A stretch of 64,000 bases of DNA, taken from positions 1 to 64,000 of the forward strand of contig NJBH01000013.1 of assembly GCA_005223125.1 (NCBI GenBank), given 5' to 3'. Position numbers and translations under genes: made by a program. How positions within the stretch are numbered: position 1 is the first letter of the stretch; every line of letters starts with the position of its first letter. The notes beneath the pieces are model-generated. The model saw nothing but the letters and a program-made list of their open reading frames with translations. It was not told the DNA's origin and made no database searches. Below, piece after piece: positions 19,392 through 30,427 of the stretch. Source of the stretch: Promethearchaeota archaeon Loki_b32. Lineage in GTDB: Archaea > Asgardarchaeota > Lokiarchaeia > Sigyniarchaeales > SOKP01.

Positions 19392-20606
19392 CTATATTAT
19401 CCCTTTTTTTCTAAAATCTCGAATATCTTCCTCAGGATAACCAAGATCTCTAAGTATTTCTTTCGAATTTTGACCAAGTTTTGGTGCTAAACTCCTTATT
19501 TCTAGAGGTGTTCTTGAATATTTTATGGGTGAGGCTATATTTTGTATTTTACCGAATCTAGAATGATTCATTTCAACAACCATATTACGTGCTTTAATCT
19601 GAGGGTCTTCACAAGCTTCAGCAAAAGAATTTACGGGCATGACACACGCATCTAGGTTTTTAAAAATAGCCAACCATTCTTTTTGATTTTTTTTTAAGAA
19701 TTCTTCCTGCAATTCTTTAAAGACTTCTTCTCTCTCCTCTCCTGTAACAAATTGTTTTAGTTTTAAATCATCTCGATCAAGACCTTTACATAGTTCTCGC
19801 CAGAATTTTACTTCTACAACTCCAACAGATAATAATTTATCATCTTTAGTTTTGTAAACATTATAAAAAGGAAAGTCACCATGTAGGGGATTCTGTGTAT
19901 CAACGCCATCATTTACATTTTTAGAGAAATGAAATGAGGCTACGTAAGGCATAAAAGAAAACACACAATCCGTCATTGAAATATCAATATATTGCCCTTT
20001 CTTTTCTAAATTATTATCTCTTTCCATAATAGCTCCTAGTATTCCAATGACAGATACTAATCCTCCACCAATATCTGCAGCTTGAATACCAGGAGGTATT
20101 GGTTTTTTTTCTTGAGGTTCATTACCTTCAATCACTCGTTCTTTATTTAAATCTAAAATTCCGCATATTCCTACATAATTGAGATCATGACCTGCAATTT
20201 GTTCATATGGTCCATATTGACCATAACCTGTTAAAGAACAGCATATTATTGAGGGATTTATTGATGTTAAAGTATCATAATCAATTTTTAATTTTTTAGT
20301 AACCTTAGGTCGAAAACTATCAAGAACTACATCAGCTTCTTTTACCAGTTTATAAAAAATCTCCAGTGCTTTCTCTTTTTTTAGGTTAAGTGTAATTGCT
20401 TTTTTATTCCTATTAAGAATTGAATTAAAAGCACTTTCACGATACCTCCCTTTTTGAAAGAATGGAGGTGGATGGCCATAGGGATAGTTAGGATCTTCTA
20501 TTTTAATAACATTTGCTCCGAGATCAGAGAGTATCATGGAGCAAAATGGTCCAGGTAGCATTCTCGTTAGATCTAATATAACTTTCCCTTCTAAAGGTAA
20601 AGACAT
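19392..20606 (-). CDS. CaiB/BaiF family III CoA-transferase
   Basis: LPLEGKVILDLTRMLPGPFC, LNRNKK, SFRP, SLTGYGQYGP, GHDLNY. ATG at 20606 (MSLPLEG) avoids overlap with the upstream gene. Confidence 0.9.
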   Translation of the reverse strand: MSLPLEGKVILDLTRMLPGPFCSMILSDLGANVIKIEDPNYPYGHPPPFFQKGRYRESAFNSILNRNKKAITLNLKKEKALEIFYKLVKEADVVLDSFRPKVTKKLKIDYDTLTSINPSIICCSLTGYGQYGPYEQIAGHDLNYVGICGILDLNKERVIEGNEPQEKKPIPPGIQAADIGGGLVSVIGILGAIMERDNNLEKKGQYIDISMTDCVFSFMPYVASFHFSKNVNDGVDTQNPLHGDFPFYNVYKTKDDKLLSVGVVEVKFWRELCKGLDRDDLKLKQFVTGEEREEVFKELQEEFLKKNQKEWLAIFKNLDACVMPVNSFAEACEDPQIKARNMVVEMNHSRFGKIQNIASPIKYSRTPLEIRSLAPKLGQNSKEILRDLGYPEEDIRDFRKKGII

Positions 20607-20673
20607 AATATTTAAAAAAATAGATAACATAAAAGTATTCATGAAAAGTGCAAAATCGTGAATGAATACCTGA

Positions 20674-22101
20674 TTATTGAATTTTAAACACTTGATTTTT
20701 CCTTCTTTGAAGCCAGTCAATCCTTCCTGATTTACTTAATTTAAATGTCTGATATTTATTATTATTTAAAACAATCATCCAAGACGAATTAGTTAAATAT
20801 TCAATGTAATCTTTCACATGACCTAACTCTTTAAGAATTGATTCCGATTCAAATCTTTTTAAAATAAATTTTATATCTCTTATTTTAACTGATTGTTTAA
20901 TTAAATCATCTATCTCATTTATTTTATCAGGATAGACATCCCATAATGATTTTCCAATAAAATTTTCTTCATTATTTTTTATATCTAGTACTTTTATGTG
21001 ATTAAACATTTCAATTTCTTCAATTTCTGATATCTGGTTAAAGCCAATATATAAATGTTCCAATTTCATTAAATTCTCTAATCCTTTGACTCTTTTTATT
21101 TTATTATTTCTTAGATCTAAAAATTTTAATTCTCGAAGATTTTCTAATCCCTTTACTTCAGCTATATTATTATGACTTAAGTCTAGAAATTCTAATTTTC
21201 GAAGATTTTCTAATCCTTTTATTTCAGATATTTGATTACTGCTTAGATCAAGTCTTTTTAAATTGGTGAGTTTTCTTAATCCTTTAATCTCAGTAATTTG
21301 ATTATTACGGAGATTTAATACTTCTAAGTTTGAGAGGCTTTCTAATTCTTTAATCTGTGAAATGCTATTATCAAATAACATTAATAATTTTAGATTAGAA
21401 AGACCGCTTATTCCTTCTATTATAGATATTTCATTATTATTCAAGTACAAAGACTCTAGCTTATGTAAATCTAATAAACCTTCGACTTTTTTGATCATAT
21501 TACCTTGCAAATGCAAAGATCTCAGGTTATTTAATTTATCTAGACCATTTAATACACTGATTTGATTATAATTGAGAAATAATTTCTTTAAATTGGTTAA
21601 ATTTTCCAAATTTTTAATTTTTCTTATATTGTCGATATTCCTATTATTAAGATTAATGAGTGGATAAAATTCTGAAGGAAAAAAAATATGTCCTTCAAAA
21701 TTAACGTACTTCAAGTTTTTTAAAACAGATTTTAATTTGTTATCTGATGATTTTTCTATAGATTTGATAATATGAAATAAACAAGAATCAGCTTTATCGT
21801 ATTTTATCGCCCATGTAATTGGTTTAATTGCTTTTTCTGAAAAATTAAGAATTAAAATACGTGCTGCCTGTCCTCGAACTTGTTCATTCAGATCAGAGAT
21901 TAATAAATTCTCAAGGAAGTTAAATACTTTTTCATCTTTAGTTTTTATTAATCCCAGAAATTTGATTGCTAATATTCTAGTTTTATCTTCATAATCATGA
22001 ATACCATCAATTAATGAAATTAATAAGGCTGAGGTTTGATTTTTATCTAATTTCTTATTCTGAAATTCTTTATAAATCTTATTTGGGGATAATATTGACA
22101 T
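20674..22101 (-). CDS. HEAT-like plus SDS22/internalin-type LRR protein
   Basis: LENLLISD..VRGQAA HEAT-like motif; repeated LxxLxLxxNxIxxIxGL. Confidence 0.88.
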   Translation of the reverse strand: MSILSPNKIYKEFQNKKLDKNQTSALLISLIDGIHDYEDKTRILAIKFLGLIKTKDEKVFNFLENLLISDLNEQVRGQAARILILNFSEKAIKPITWAIKYDKADSCLFHIIKSIEKSSDNKLKSVLKNLKYVNFEGHIFFPSEFYPLINLNNRNIDNIRKIKNLENLTNLKKLFLNYNQISVLNGLDKLNNLRSLHLQGNMIKKVEGLLDLHKLESLYLNNNEISIIEGISGLSNLKLLMLFDNSISQIKELESLSNLEVLNLRNNQITEIKGLRKLTNLKRLDLSSNQISEIKGLENLRKLEFLDLSHNNIAEVKGLENLRELKFLDLRNNKIKRVKGLENLMKLEHLYIGFNQISEIEEIEMFNHIKVLDIKNNEENFIGKSLWDVYPDKINEIDDLIKQSVKIRDIKFILKRFESESILKELGHVKDYIEYLTNSSWMIVLNNNKYQTFKLSKSGRIDWLQRRKNQVFKIQ

Positions 22102-22224
22102 CAATTAGTTAAATTTATGAGTTTAAATGATGATCCAGTACAAAAATAAACACTATTTTATAAAAATACTGAGATAATTAAAATTTACTCTTTTTTATTA
22201 AAAAAGAAAAAAAAGTTTTAAATC

Positions 22225-22737
22225 CTATATATATATTATTTCAGATTCCATTTTTTCTGTATCCACAATAGCAAATGTAGCTCTCCCGGTGATATAACCA
22301 CAAACTTCACCCGGATTTATCACCAAACTACCATTATCTAACTTTTTATTAGATAAAGAATGTGTGTGTCCAGATAAAATTATATCAAATTTTCCGGAAT
22401 TTGCTAAGGCTTCAATTGTCTGTTCTCTGGGCATGTGAGACGCAAAAATTCTTTTACCCCCTAATTCTAAAATCATCTCATGACCGTTCTGAGGAAACTC
22501 ACATATTTGTCCTAAATTTTGCTTTAAAAATAGTTTTTCTCCATCATTATTTCCAAAAACTCCATAAAAATTCCTTTTTATAGAATCATTTAACTTGTCA
22601 AACCATCTCTTTACAAAGGGTGCTACATAATCTCCACAATGTATAAGTGCATCTACATTTCTTTTATTTATTATTGACACAGCTTTTAATATATTATTCA
22701 TATGATCATGTGAATCACTCAATACTGCAATTCTCAT
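22225..22737 (-). CDS. Metallophosphoesterase, YfcE/MJ0936 family
   Basis: SDSHD, HCGD, GNND, GHTH, INPGE motifs. Confidence 0.9.
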   Translation of the reverse strand: MRIAVLSDSHDHMNNILKAVSIINKRNVDALIHCGDYVAPFVKRWFDKLNDSIKRNFYGVFGNNDGEKLFLKQNLGQICEFPQNGHEMILELGGKRIFASHMPREQTIEALANSGKFDIILSGHTHSLSNKKLDNGSLVINPGEVCGYITGRATFAIVDTEKMESEIIYI

Positions 22738-22846
22738 TCTTTTATATTCTCCTTAGTTTAAAATTGATAGAATTTAGATATAATTAAATTAAATTATTAT
22801 ATATTTTATATTAATAAAGAAACCATATGTAATATGTAAATTAGAT

Positions 22847-23920
22847 ATGATTGAAGATTTCTTTAAAAAAGAAACTATAATTGTTAACAATGAATTGAAG
22901 AAGTATTTTAATCATCTGTACAAAACGGAGAAAGACCTACTTCTTAAAGATTTCATAACTCAATTAGAACAATTCATATTAAATGAGAAAGCAAAAAGAA
23001 TTCATCCTGTTTTGTTAACTGCAGCTTTTTCTGGTATTGTGAATCCTATGTATCTAGAAGATCAATTAGAACAAATCCGTGAAGTTTCAATTTCAGTTGA
23101 GTTATTACATAGTGGTCACTTGATTCATGATGATCTTTTAGATGATGATATGGTGAGAAGAGGTAAGCCTACTTTTCACGTACAATTAAAAAATGAATTA
23201 AACCATGTCTATAAAGATGTAAATTTACCGAATAAAAATGAACTATCTGGAATGTATGGACGAGATATGAGTATTTTAGGAGGAACTCAAGGATATCTTT
23301 TAGGTTTAGATATTTTAAAATCCTCAAAATTCCCAGAAAAATTAAAATTATTAGCCATTAATGAATATACGGAAGCTATGGATTATCTCATGAAAGGACA
23401 ATTAATAGAAGAATACATGACCTATAATAACATAACAATGACATTAGAACAATATTTGAATATTGCAGAATGTCAAAGAGCAAAAATTTTTGAGAAATCT
23501 ACAAAAATTGGAGCAATATTAGCTAAAGGAAATCTTCATTACCAAATTAAACCATTAAGTGAAGCCATGTTAAGTATTGGACAAGCTTATTCTATTCGCG
23601 ATGATATTCTTGATTTAGAAGATGATATTAAAGGCAAACAGAAAAAAATTGTCTATATTCTTGCCGTACAAAATACAGATGAAGCTCAATCTAAGAGGTT
23701 AAATGAGCTATATCATAAAGAAGAAATAACAAAGAACGACATTGAAGAAGTAAAAGATATTTTTAATAAAACTAATGCCTTAATGATAGCTGAGCATCTA
23801 GCTAAAAATTTAGTAGAGCAAGCTAGAAATCATTTAAAGAATATTTATCCTGATCTAAATAAAAAACAGAAGGTATTTTTTAATATATTCTCAGATTTTG
23901 TCCATTTACGAGAATATTAA
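22847..23920 (+). CDS. Polyprenyl diphosphate synthase (GGPP synthase-like)
   Basis: KRIHP, ELLH...LIHDDLLDDD..RRG (FARM), GQ, KS, RDDILD (SARM). Confidence 0.88.
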   Translation: MIEDFFKKETIIVNNELKKYFNHLYKTEKDLLLKDFITQLEQFILNEKAKRIHPVLLTAAFSGIVNPMYLEDQLEQIREVSISVELLHSGHLIHDDLLDDDMVRRGKPTFHVQLKNELNHVYKDVNLPNKNELSGMYGRDMSILGGTQGYLLGLDILKSSKFPEKLKLLAINEYTEAMDYLMKGQLIEEYMTYNNITMTLEQYLNIAECQRAKIFEKSTKIGAILAKGNLHYQIKPLSEAMLSIGQAYSIRDDILDLEDDIKGKQKKIVYILAVQNTDEAQSKRLNELYHKEEITKNDIEEVKDIFNKTNALMIAEHLAKNLVEQARNHLKNIYPDLNKKQKVFFNIFSDFVHLREY

Positions 23921-23938
23921 AAATTTCTTCTATTTAAT

Positions 23939-24535
23939 CTATACTACCACATAGGATATATGTTGTTTCTTCAACATAAGGTTATTCAATTTTTTAAAAA
24001 CTTCTAAAACGTTATAATTCTCTAAAGCAGATGTCCTATGAAAACCAACAAGTTTTCTTTTTTCTAAATATTTAAAAATTAAATCATCGTTAACGATTTC
24101 TGAATCTGATGTTTTATCTATTAAATCGCTTTTGCTCCCTACAAGTAGTATTGGAATGTTTCGATCAACTGCATTCTCAATTACTTTATTATACCAAAAA
24201 TCTAATTGATTGAATGAAGTATAGTTAACGGAATCAAATACTAATAATGCACCATTAGCACCTTCTATAAATTTTGGGATTAAAGGAGCGAATCTTTCTT
24301 GTCCTCCAAAATCAAAAATAGAATTTACGACATAATTTTCTTTTAATGTATTAGGATCGTTTGTTAAATCAATTCTTAGATAAACAGAATGAAAATTGAT
24401 TCCTATTGTTGGAGATGTATCAAAATTAAATGAATTGAAACAATAACGATTGAAAAGAGAAGTTTTACCAACTGAGCTGGATCCGCATATCACTGTTTTA
24501 AAGCTAAACAGTATGTCTTTCTGATTATAACTCAT
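23939..24535 (-). CDS. Rab-like small GTPase
   Basis: GSSSVGKTS, PTIG, DFGGQERF, GSKSD, TSA. Confidence 0.9.
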   Translation of the reverse strand: MSYNQKDILFSFKTVICGSSSVGKTSLFNRYCFNSFNFDTSPTIGINFHSVYLRIDLTNDPNTLKENYVVNSIFDFGGQERFAPLIPKFIEGANGALLVFDSVNYTSFNQLDFWYNKVIENAVDRNIPILLVGSKSDLIDKTSDSEIVNDDLIFKYLEKRKLVGFHRTSALENYNVLEVFKKLNNLMLKKQHISYVVV

Positions 24536-24689
24536 TGATTCATATTCTCTTTAATTTTTTAAAACTTAAATTCTACCCTATTAAAATCTTTTAAGTAAAA
24601 AAATTTGTTCAATAGATTTGATTGAGAAAATTATGAGAACCTTATATATTTTGCTTGAAAAGTTGACATTAATATAAGATAAATTGCCT

Positions 24690-26282
24690 TTAGAACCCAA
24701 CTGCTTGCCCATCTTTGCGCCAATCTGATGCCCCTAAATACCCATCATCTAATTTATATATTAATTGAGCTCCTCCAAATTTATAAAAATGTTCTTTAGA
24801 GACAATATGTCCAAGCTTAGATAGACCTTCATAAATAGTATTCTTAAATCCTGATTCAAGAATAACATCCCTACCATTCATTAATCTCCATCTAGGTGCA
24901 TCGATAGCTGTTTGTGGATTTTGGCCATCTAGGAATATTCTAATCATCATCTGAGCATGGCCTTGTGGTTGCATTGATCCTCCCATGACACCGAATGAGA
25001 TTAAAGGTTCTCCTTGCTTTGTCACAAATGCAGGAATTATTGTATGATAGGGTCTTTTATTCGGACCAACTTGATTTGGGTGTCCTTCTATTAAATTAAA
25101 ACCATTAGCTCGATTTTGAAGAGTGATACCAGTTCCTGGAATAACAATTCCTGATCCAAATCCCATATAATTTGATTGAATATAAGAAACCATTATTCCT
25201 TCGGCATCAGCAGTTGTTAAATATACGGTATCTCCAAACTTAGGCACACCTGCATCAAACTGTTGAGCAATCTTTAAATCAATTAGCTTTGCTCTGTCTT
25301 TTAAATAGTTTGGGTTTAGGAAAAAATTAGGTTTAAACTCTAAAGTTGCTGGATCAGAAACATATCGATAAGCATCTGCAAAGGCTAGCTTCATTGCTTC
25401 GATTTGTAGATGTATGCATTCCACCGAATCTGATTCATAGAATGCTAAATCAAGATTTTTGAAAATACCCAACATAATTAAGGCTGCTAATCCCTGACCG
25501 TTGGGGGGAATTTCATGCAATGAAATTTCATTTAATTCTATTGAAATTGGTTTTTCCCATGTGATCTTATGATTCTGTAGATCTTCAATTGTAATTAGGC
25601 CTCCTGTATTTTTCGCATGTTTTGCAATCTTTTTTGCTAAAATTCCGCTATAGAACGCTTCTCCCTCTGTTTCAGCGATAAGCCTTAGTGTTTTTGCCTG
25701 ATCTGCTGATTTAAAGATTTCTCCTGGTCTTGGAGCCTTCCTATTTATCATAAAGGCATTATGAAAATCTGGAAATTCTTGCCTTTTAAATCTCTTTAAA
25801 AGATGAGGCCAAATTTTTGATGTAATCGGTGAGACTAAAAATCCATGTTCTGCGTAATTAATAGCGGGCTCAAATAGTTCCTTAAATTCTAATCGACCAT
25901 ATTTTGTAGATAATTCAACCCAAGCAGAAACGGCTCCTGGTATTGTTACAGAATCCCAACCAGATTCAGGCATTGATTTATAATTAGAAAAGTGCTCTAT
26001 TGTCCATGCCGCTGGTGATCTACCTGAAGCATTTAAACCAACTATTTTTTTACCATCCCATAAAATCGCAAAAGCATCACTTCCAATCCCATTCATAGTT
26101 GGTTCAACTATTGTCAATGCTATTGCAGAAGCAATAGCAGCATCTACAGCATTTCCTCCCTTCATTATCATTTGAAGTCCCGCTTGAGATGCTAACGGTT
26201 GAGATGTTGAAACTATATTTTTTGCCAAAATAGGCATTCTTTGGGAGGGATAAGTAAATTCCCAGTTAAAATTAACATTCAA
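24690..26282 (-). CDS. ggt: Gamma-glutamyltransferase family protein (YwrD-like)
   Basis: GGNAVDAA, NGIGSD, PPNGQG, GDTVY nucleophile Thr, KRPYHTI, GGSMQPQ, SDWRKDG. Confidence 0.9.
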   Translation of the reverse strand: MNVNFNWEFTYPSQRMPILAKNIVSTSQPLASQAGLQMIMKGGNAVDAAIASAIALTIVEPTMNGIGSDAFAILWDGKKIVGLNASGRSPAAWTIEHFSNYKSMPESGWDSVTIPGAVSAWVELSTKYGRLEFKELFEPAINYAEHGFLVSPITSKIWPHLLKRFKRQEFPDFHNAFMINRKAPRPGEIFKSADQAKTLRLIAETEGEAFYSGILAKKIAKHAKNTGGLITIEDLQNHKITWEKPISIELNEISLHEIPPNGQGLAALIMLGIFKNLDLAFYESDSVECIHLQIEAMKLAFADAYRYVSDPATLEFKPNFFLNPNYLKDRAKLIDLKIAQQFDAGVPKFGDTVYLTTADAEGIMVSYIQSNYMGFGSGIVIPGTGITLQNRANGFNLIEGHPNQVGPNKRPYHTIIPAFVTKQGEPLISFGVMGGSMQPQGHAQMMIRIFLDGQNPQTAIDAPRWRLMNGRDVILESGFKNTIYEGLSKLGHIVSKEHFYKFGGAQLIYKLDDGYLGASDWRKDGQAVGF

Positions 26283-26396
26283 TCAAGCTCACTGTACTTT
26301 AATACTGTTATTTTATAATAATAAAGTCTAAAAATCCCTTTTCCTTTATAATAATTGTAATCAAGATTGTTTAATAGATATTCTTAATGAATCGAT

Positions 26397-27305
26397 ATGG
26401 CTATAAAAATCCCCCCTGATCAAATTGTTATTAGACCTCCAGTAGAAGCTTATTCTGTTTTAATACCTGTGACTGGTGGATGTGCATGGAATAAATGTAG
26501 ATTCTGTGGAACTTATAAAGGTGTATATGGAGTTACTCAGAATTATGCAATACGGTCTTTAGAGGATGTTAAAAAAGATATTGATAAATATGCTGAGAGT
26601 AATTATCATGGTTTTCCGGTATTTTTAGCAGGAGGCAATCCTACTTCTGCACCAACAGATTACTTAGTTGATATTATCGAATATGTTAGAGCTAAATTAA
26701 GAAATGTTCCACGAATAAGTTGTTACGCTAAATCCTTAGATATTCTAAGAAAATCTGATTATGAATTAAAAGCATTAGCAAAAGCAGGATTGGACATTGT
26801 TTATATGGGATTGGAGAGCGGCTCAAATACTATACTAAGAATTATGAAAAAAGGAACTAATGCCGAATCTATGATAAAAGCAGGGAAGAGAATGTTAAAT
26901 GCGGGAATTATGATCTCATTATACATCATCTTGGGATTAGGAAGTTATAAATATTCAGAAGAACATGTAAGGGAGACTGCAAGAGTATTAACCGAAATAA
27001 ATCCAACTATTTTTAGATTTCGAACTTTGAATATTTTACCTGGAACCCCTCTCTGGGATGAATGGAAATCAGGTGACTTTAAATTATTAAGTCCAGTAGA
27101 AAATTTAAAGGAAGAAAGAGAAATCATAGCAAAATTAGGTGAAAATGTTACATCTCAGGTTTTTAACGACCATGTATCTAATTATTGTGCAATAGAATCT
27201 TCAAATATTCAAGAAGATCGTGAAAAGTTTATATTAACATTAGATTTTTATATTAATAATCCTAAAATGCAAAACTTACAAAGAAAGAACTTAACTCGCA
27301 TGTAA
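26397..27305 (+). CDS. Radical SAM protein, paralog of 11465-12388
   Basis: RPPVEA.S, CAWNKCRFC, YMGLESG, DHVSNY. Confidence 0.85.
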   Translation: MAIKIPPDQIVIRPPVEAYSVLIPVTGGCAWNKCRFCGTYKGVYGVTQNYAIRSLEDVKKDIDKYAESNYHGFPVFLAGGNPTSAPTDYLVDIIEYVRAKLRNVPRISCYAKSLDILRKSDYELKALAKAGLDIVYMGLESGSNTILRIMKKGTNAESMIKAGKRMLNAGIMISLYIILGLGSYKYSEEHVRETARVLTEINPTIFRFRTLNILPGTPLWDEWKSGDFKLLSPVENLKEEREIIAKLGENVTSQVFNDHVSNYCAIESSNIQEDREKFILTLDFYINNPKMQNLQRKNLTRM

Positions 27306-27339
27306 AAAATTAATTTTAAGATTATAATATACTATCCGG

Positions 27340-28644
27340 TTAAATATCAAGGACTTCTTTTATAATTGTTAATATTTCTTCTTGATTAAACAAATTTGTA
27401 TCACCAGTTTTTTTAAACATCTCAATTTGTTCGATATAATTTGATTCGAATAGATTTGTTAGATAATTAAGTCTTTCTTTAAAACTGGCATCTGCAGGTT
27501 TAAAAAGAAAGCATACTAAATGTATATATTTGCCATAAGTAGCTTGGACATAAAAACCTTTATAATTAATCTCTTCCATTATTGATCCACCAATTTGAGA
27601 TACAAATGAATCCATTGCAGTTAAAAATCCTGATACTAATGCTTGTTCATTGAAATTTTCACTAGCGTAGTTAATAATAGGAGTTCCACTTGTTCTTTCC
27701 ATAATTATTAAATCTCTGAATATCTCTGAATATTCTGGTTTTCTATCATCCTTAAGTAGTAATTTATTGTGTTCAAGATTATTATAAATATCAAAAAGTC
27801 TATAATCGAATGATTCAAATGAGCTTGATTCGTCAAAATAATAATCTGATAGTTTAATCACTTGAGAAGGAGCTCTCATAGGCTCTCTTGGTAGTGCTCT
27901 TATAAAATTGTTCCTGGCCTCAAAATCATATTTATCATTTTTTTTTCCTTTGGTTAAACCATAAACTATTTTCCGTGATGGATCGACAACATAAATCCAA
28001 CAATTTAAGCTTTTCATATCAGAAATAAGTTTTTTAAATCCTATTTTAAGAGCACCCATTGGAGTGGTTACAAAAATATTCCAACTAGCAACTTTTGAAG
28101 CTTTTCCTATTGATTTCTTAGTTTCCAGATAAGTCTCTGCGTTAATGTTAACTCCATTCATTACAAATACCGCTCCTGTTTTTACTTTGGATTTTTTAAT
28201 TGTTAAATACATGTCCATTTTGGTTGAAATAGAGTTAAATGAAGTATTATAAACTACAATCTCAAGATCAGCACAATGATCCGCAAAAGTGTCAATTAAA
28301 TCTTGCTTAGCGATAAAATCTAAATGATATAAATACTTCTTAAATGTTTTTGAACTAATTATTGCATTTCCACAATATTCCAAGGGATCATCATACTTTT
28401 TCTGCCAATCGGTTGTATTATAAATATTAGTTAAATGCACCAAAATACGCTTTATATATTCAAGTCTAGTAAGAGATTCATTATCACCGATAAAAATTCC
28501 ATACTCCCTCATGAATGCCAATAACTCTTTAATCGTACAATTAATTAATATATAATTAATAGAAAATAGACCAAATTTCTTTTCGCTTTTATTTATAAGG
28601 TATGGAATAATAGTGTCTACAGTAAGTTCTGTTTCAGTTCCCAT
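27340..28644 (-). CDS. Unknown N-terminal domain fused to a C-terminal longin-like domain
   Basis: C-terminal LIIMERTSGTPII...LVSGFLTAMDSF...EEINYKGFYVQ..GKYIHLVCF fits the Asgard longin pattern. Confidence 0.65.
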   Translation of the reverse strand: MGTETELTVDTIIPYLINKSEKKFGLFSINYILINCTIKELLAFMREYGIFIGDNESLTRLEYIKRILVHLTNIYNTTDWQKKYDDPLEYCGNAIISSKTFKKYLYHLDFIAKQDLIDTFADHCADLEIVVYNTSFNSISTKMDMYLTIKKSKVKTGAVFVMNGVNINAETYLETKKSIGKASKVASWNIFVTTPMGALKIGFKKLISDMKSLNCWIYVVDPSRKIVYGLTKGKKNDKYDFEARNNFIRALPREPMRAPSQVIKLSDYYFDESSSFESFDYRLFDIYNNLEHNKLLLKDDRKPEYSEIFRDLIIMERTSGTPIINYASENFNEQALVSGFLTAMDSFVSQIGGSIMEEINYKGFYVQATYGKYIHLVCFLFKPADASFKERLNYLTNLFESNYIEQIEMFKKTGDTNLFNQEEILTIIKEVLDI

Positions 28645-28845
28645 TTTACCACTTAACCCTTTAATTTGAACAAAATAAATTAGATGTTTATATTTACATC
28701 TATGGTAATTAAAAATATTTATAATATATATAAAGTATAAAAAAAAAAAAATGTCGTTTTTAAATCACGTACTAAGAAAATTCTTTGAACTTTGTAATCA
28801 TTAAAAAACAAAAAGAAATAATCAAAACTAGAATTAAATTGGTAT

Positions 28846-29910
28846 CTAATATAACTCAATTAGTTTATCTATTTTTTTAACATATTCACTATACTCTGAT
28901 ATAACACCCAAAATATAGTCACAAATTTTATAAATCTGAGCAAAAGCTTCTAAATTTTCTAATTCAGACTTATTGTTCTCTAACTCTAACTTCATAATTT
29001 CTAACTCTTTCCCCCATTTTGTTATTCTATTGATAATATGCCTTGATAATCTGATTAGTATTAATGAATCAGCACCGTAGGTTATTTTACCCTTAGGAGA
29101 AGTCTCTTCTTTATAGATAAGCTTATTCTCTAAAAGTTGATTTACTTCCTCAGAAATTTTCCCAGATGATAATCCAGTAATTTCGTTTAATGTTTCTTGA
29201 GTGAGATATTTCCTTGTCATAAAATATCCTAAAATCTTAATAAACATAGGGTCACGGGTAGAAAACATTGGCGAAGCTAAAAGTTGATTTATTATATCAC
29301 TCTCAATTAAATAAACTTCTTCATCAAATCGTATTTCCTTCATATCATTATGGACATATTTAGATCGCTCGGAAGATTTTGTTGAGTATTGTTTTTGAAT
29401 TTCCTCAGATAAAATCCCGTCAGAAGAAAATATTTTTTTATAGATTTCAAAACTTTCAATCAATTCATCAATTCTTTGTGAAAGATGTTTAGCACCTTTC
29501 TTAGATTGTCCAATTAATTTCTTTAAGGTTTCAATTTTATTTTTTAGATAAATTTCTATAGAACCTAAACTACTTACTGCGATCTCAATCGCTCTAGTAG
29601 TAAGAACCTCAAGCTTACCAGAAAAAGAATACGTAAAGGTATGAGTACGGTCAATGCGTTGTTTTTGAAAGTGTTCTGTCCCTGTCATGACCGATAGATA
29701 AGTTGATACTGTACCCATTGAAAATCCTGTCAATTCTTTTATCTCTTTCTGAGTTAACTTCCCATGAATAAGTAAATAACAGGCGATTGCTGACATTTTG
29801 GGATTAGCTCTCTTACTTTGTCCGATATCTAAAAGAATTTCTACAAGTTTGTTTTCATATATGCGTAATTTTTCATCGAAAAGATGACTTTGTTCCTCTT
29901 CTTCTGACAT
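28846..29910 (-). CDS. GbsR/MarR-family regulator with duplicated wHTH domains
   Basis: Two units, LTQKEIKELTGFSMGTVS and LTQETLNEITGLSSGKIS; divergent from an ABC-2 operon. Confidence 0.8.
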   Translation of the reverse strand: MSEEEEQSHLFDEKLRIYENKLVEILLDIGQSKRANPKMSAIACYLLIHGKLTQKEIKELTGFSMGTVSTYLSVMTGTEHFQKQRIDRTHTFTYSFSGKLEVLTTRAIEIAVSSLGSIEIYLKNKIETLKKLIGQSKKGAKHLSQRIDELIESFEIYKKIFSSDGILSEEIQKQYSTKSSERSKYVHNDMKEIRFDEEVYLIESDIINQLLASPMFSTRDPMFIKILGYFMTRKYLTQETLNEITGLSSGKISEEVNQLLENKLIYKEETSPKGKITYGADSLILIRLSRHIINRITKWGKELEIMKLELENNKSELENLEAFAQIYKICDYILGVISEYSEYVKKIDKLIELY

Positions 29911-29998
29911 AACTCGTTTTATATTATGTATTTTGTCTAATTTATTTAATTTTAAGTTCTCCTTGATAAATATTATATAAAAACTTGAATTTAAATCT

Positions 29999-30346
29999 TT
30001 TCATGAAATTTGAAATTTAAAAATCTTTTCTTGTTGTAAGGTCTTAGAACTTTTTATGAAAATATTACGGAAAACCTGTTCTTGGACTTATAGACGATAT
30101 AAGCTCTTTATGGCGCTTTAGATTGAAGTATAACAATGACATCTCCGTATTCGCGCGTAATAATTTACTATCGATTTGCTTTTGTCGAAAATTTTTATAC
30201 TTTTTTATAAATTTCAAAGAATATGAAACATAACCTTAGAGCTAAATATCTAAAATTATTATGATTTTATATGATAACATTTAAATACTCAGGTTTATTA
30301 TTAATATTTGGATTTCTCAATTTTCAAGTTTTATGAAAACTGAGAA
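29999..30346. promoter_or_regulatory. Three TTTCA-N7-TGAAA inverted-repeat sites (candidate operators)
   Basis: 29999-30015, 30212-30228 and 30322-30338; the last sits inside a 33-bp palindrome at 30314-30346. Confidence 0.7.
30067..30098 (+). repeat. 32-bp intergenic repeat, copy 1
   Basis: ACGGAAAACCTGTTCTTGGACTTATAGACGAT; 25/32 identical to 32789-32820. Confidence 0.6.
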
Positions 30347-30427
30347 GGTGTGTTTAATTTAGGTATGAATAAAAGTTAAATTTCAAAAAGATTTAATTAA
30401 AATTAAAGAAAACAGAGTTTATAACAA

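Noticed and set aside
20607-20720. N-terminal extension of the CoA-transferase in the ORF track
   Set aside because: It overlaps the upstream LRR gene, and family similarity starts at MSLPLEG.
22847-24535. Prenylation link between the polyprenyl synthase and the Rab-like GTPase
   Set aside because: The genes are convergent and the GTPase ends HISYVVV with no C-terminal cysteine; the synthase is explained by archaeal lipid synthesis.
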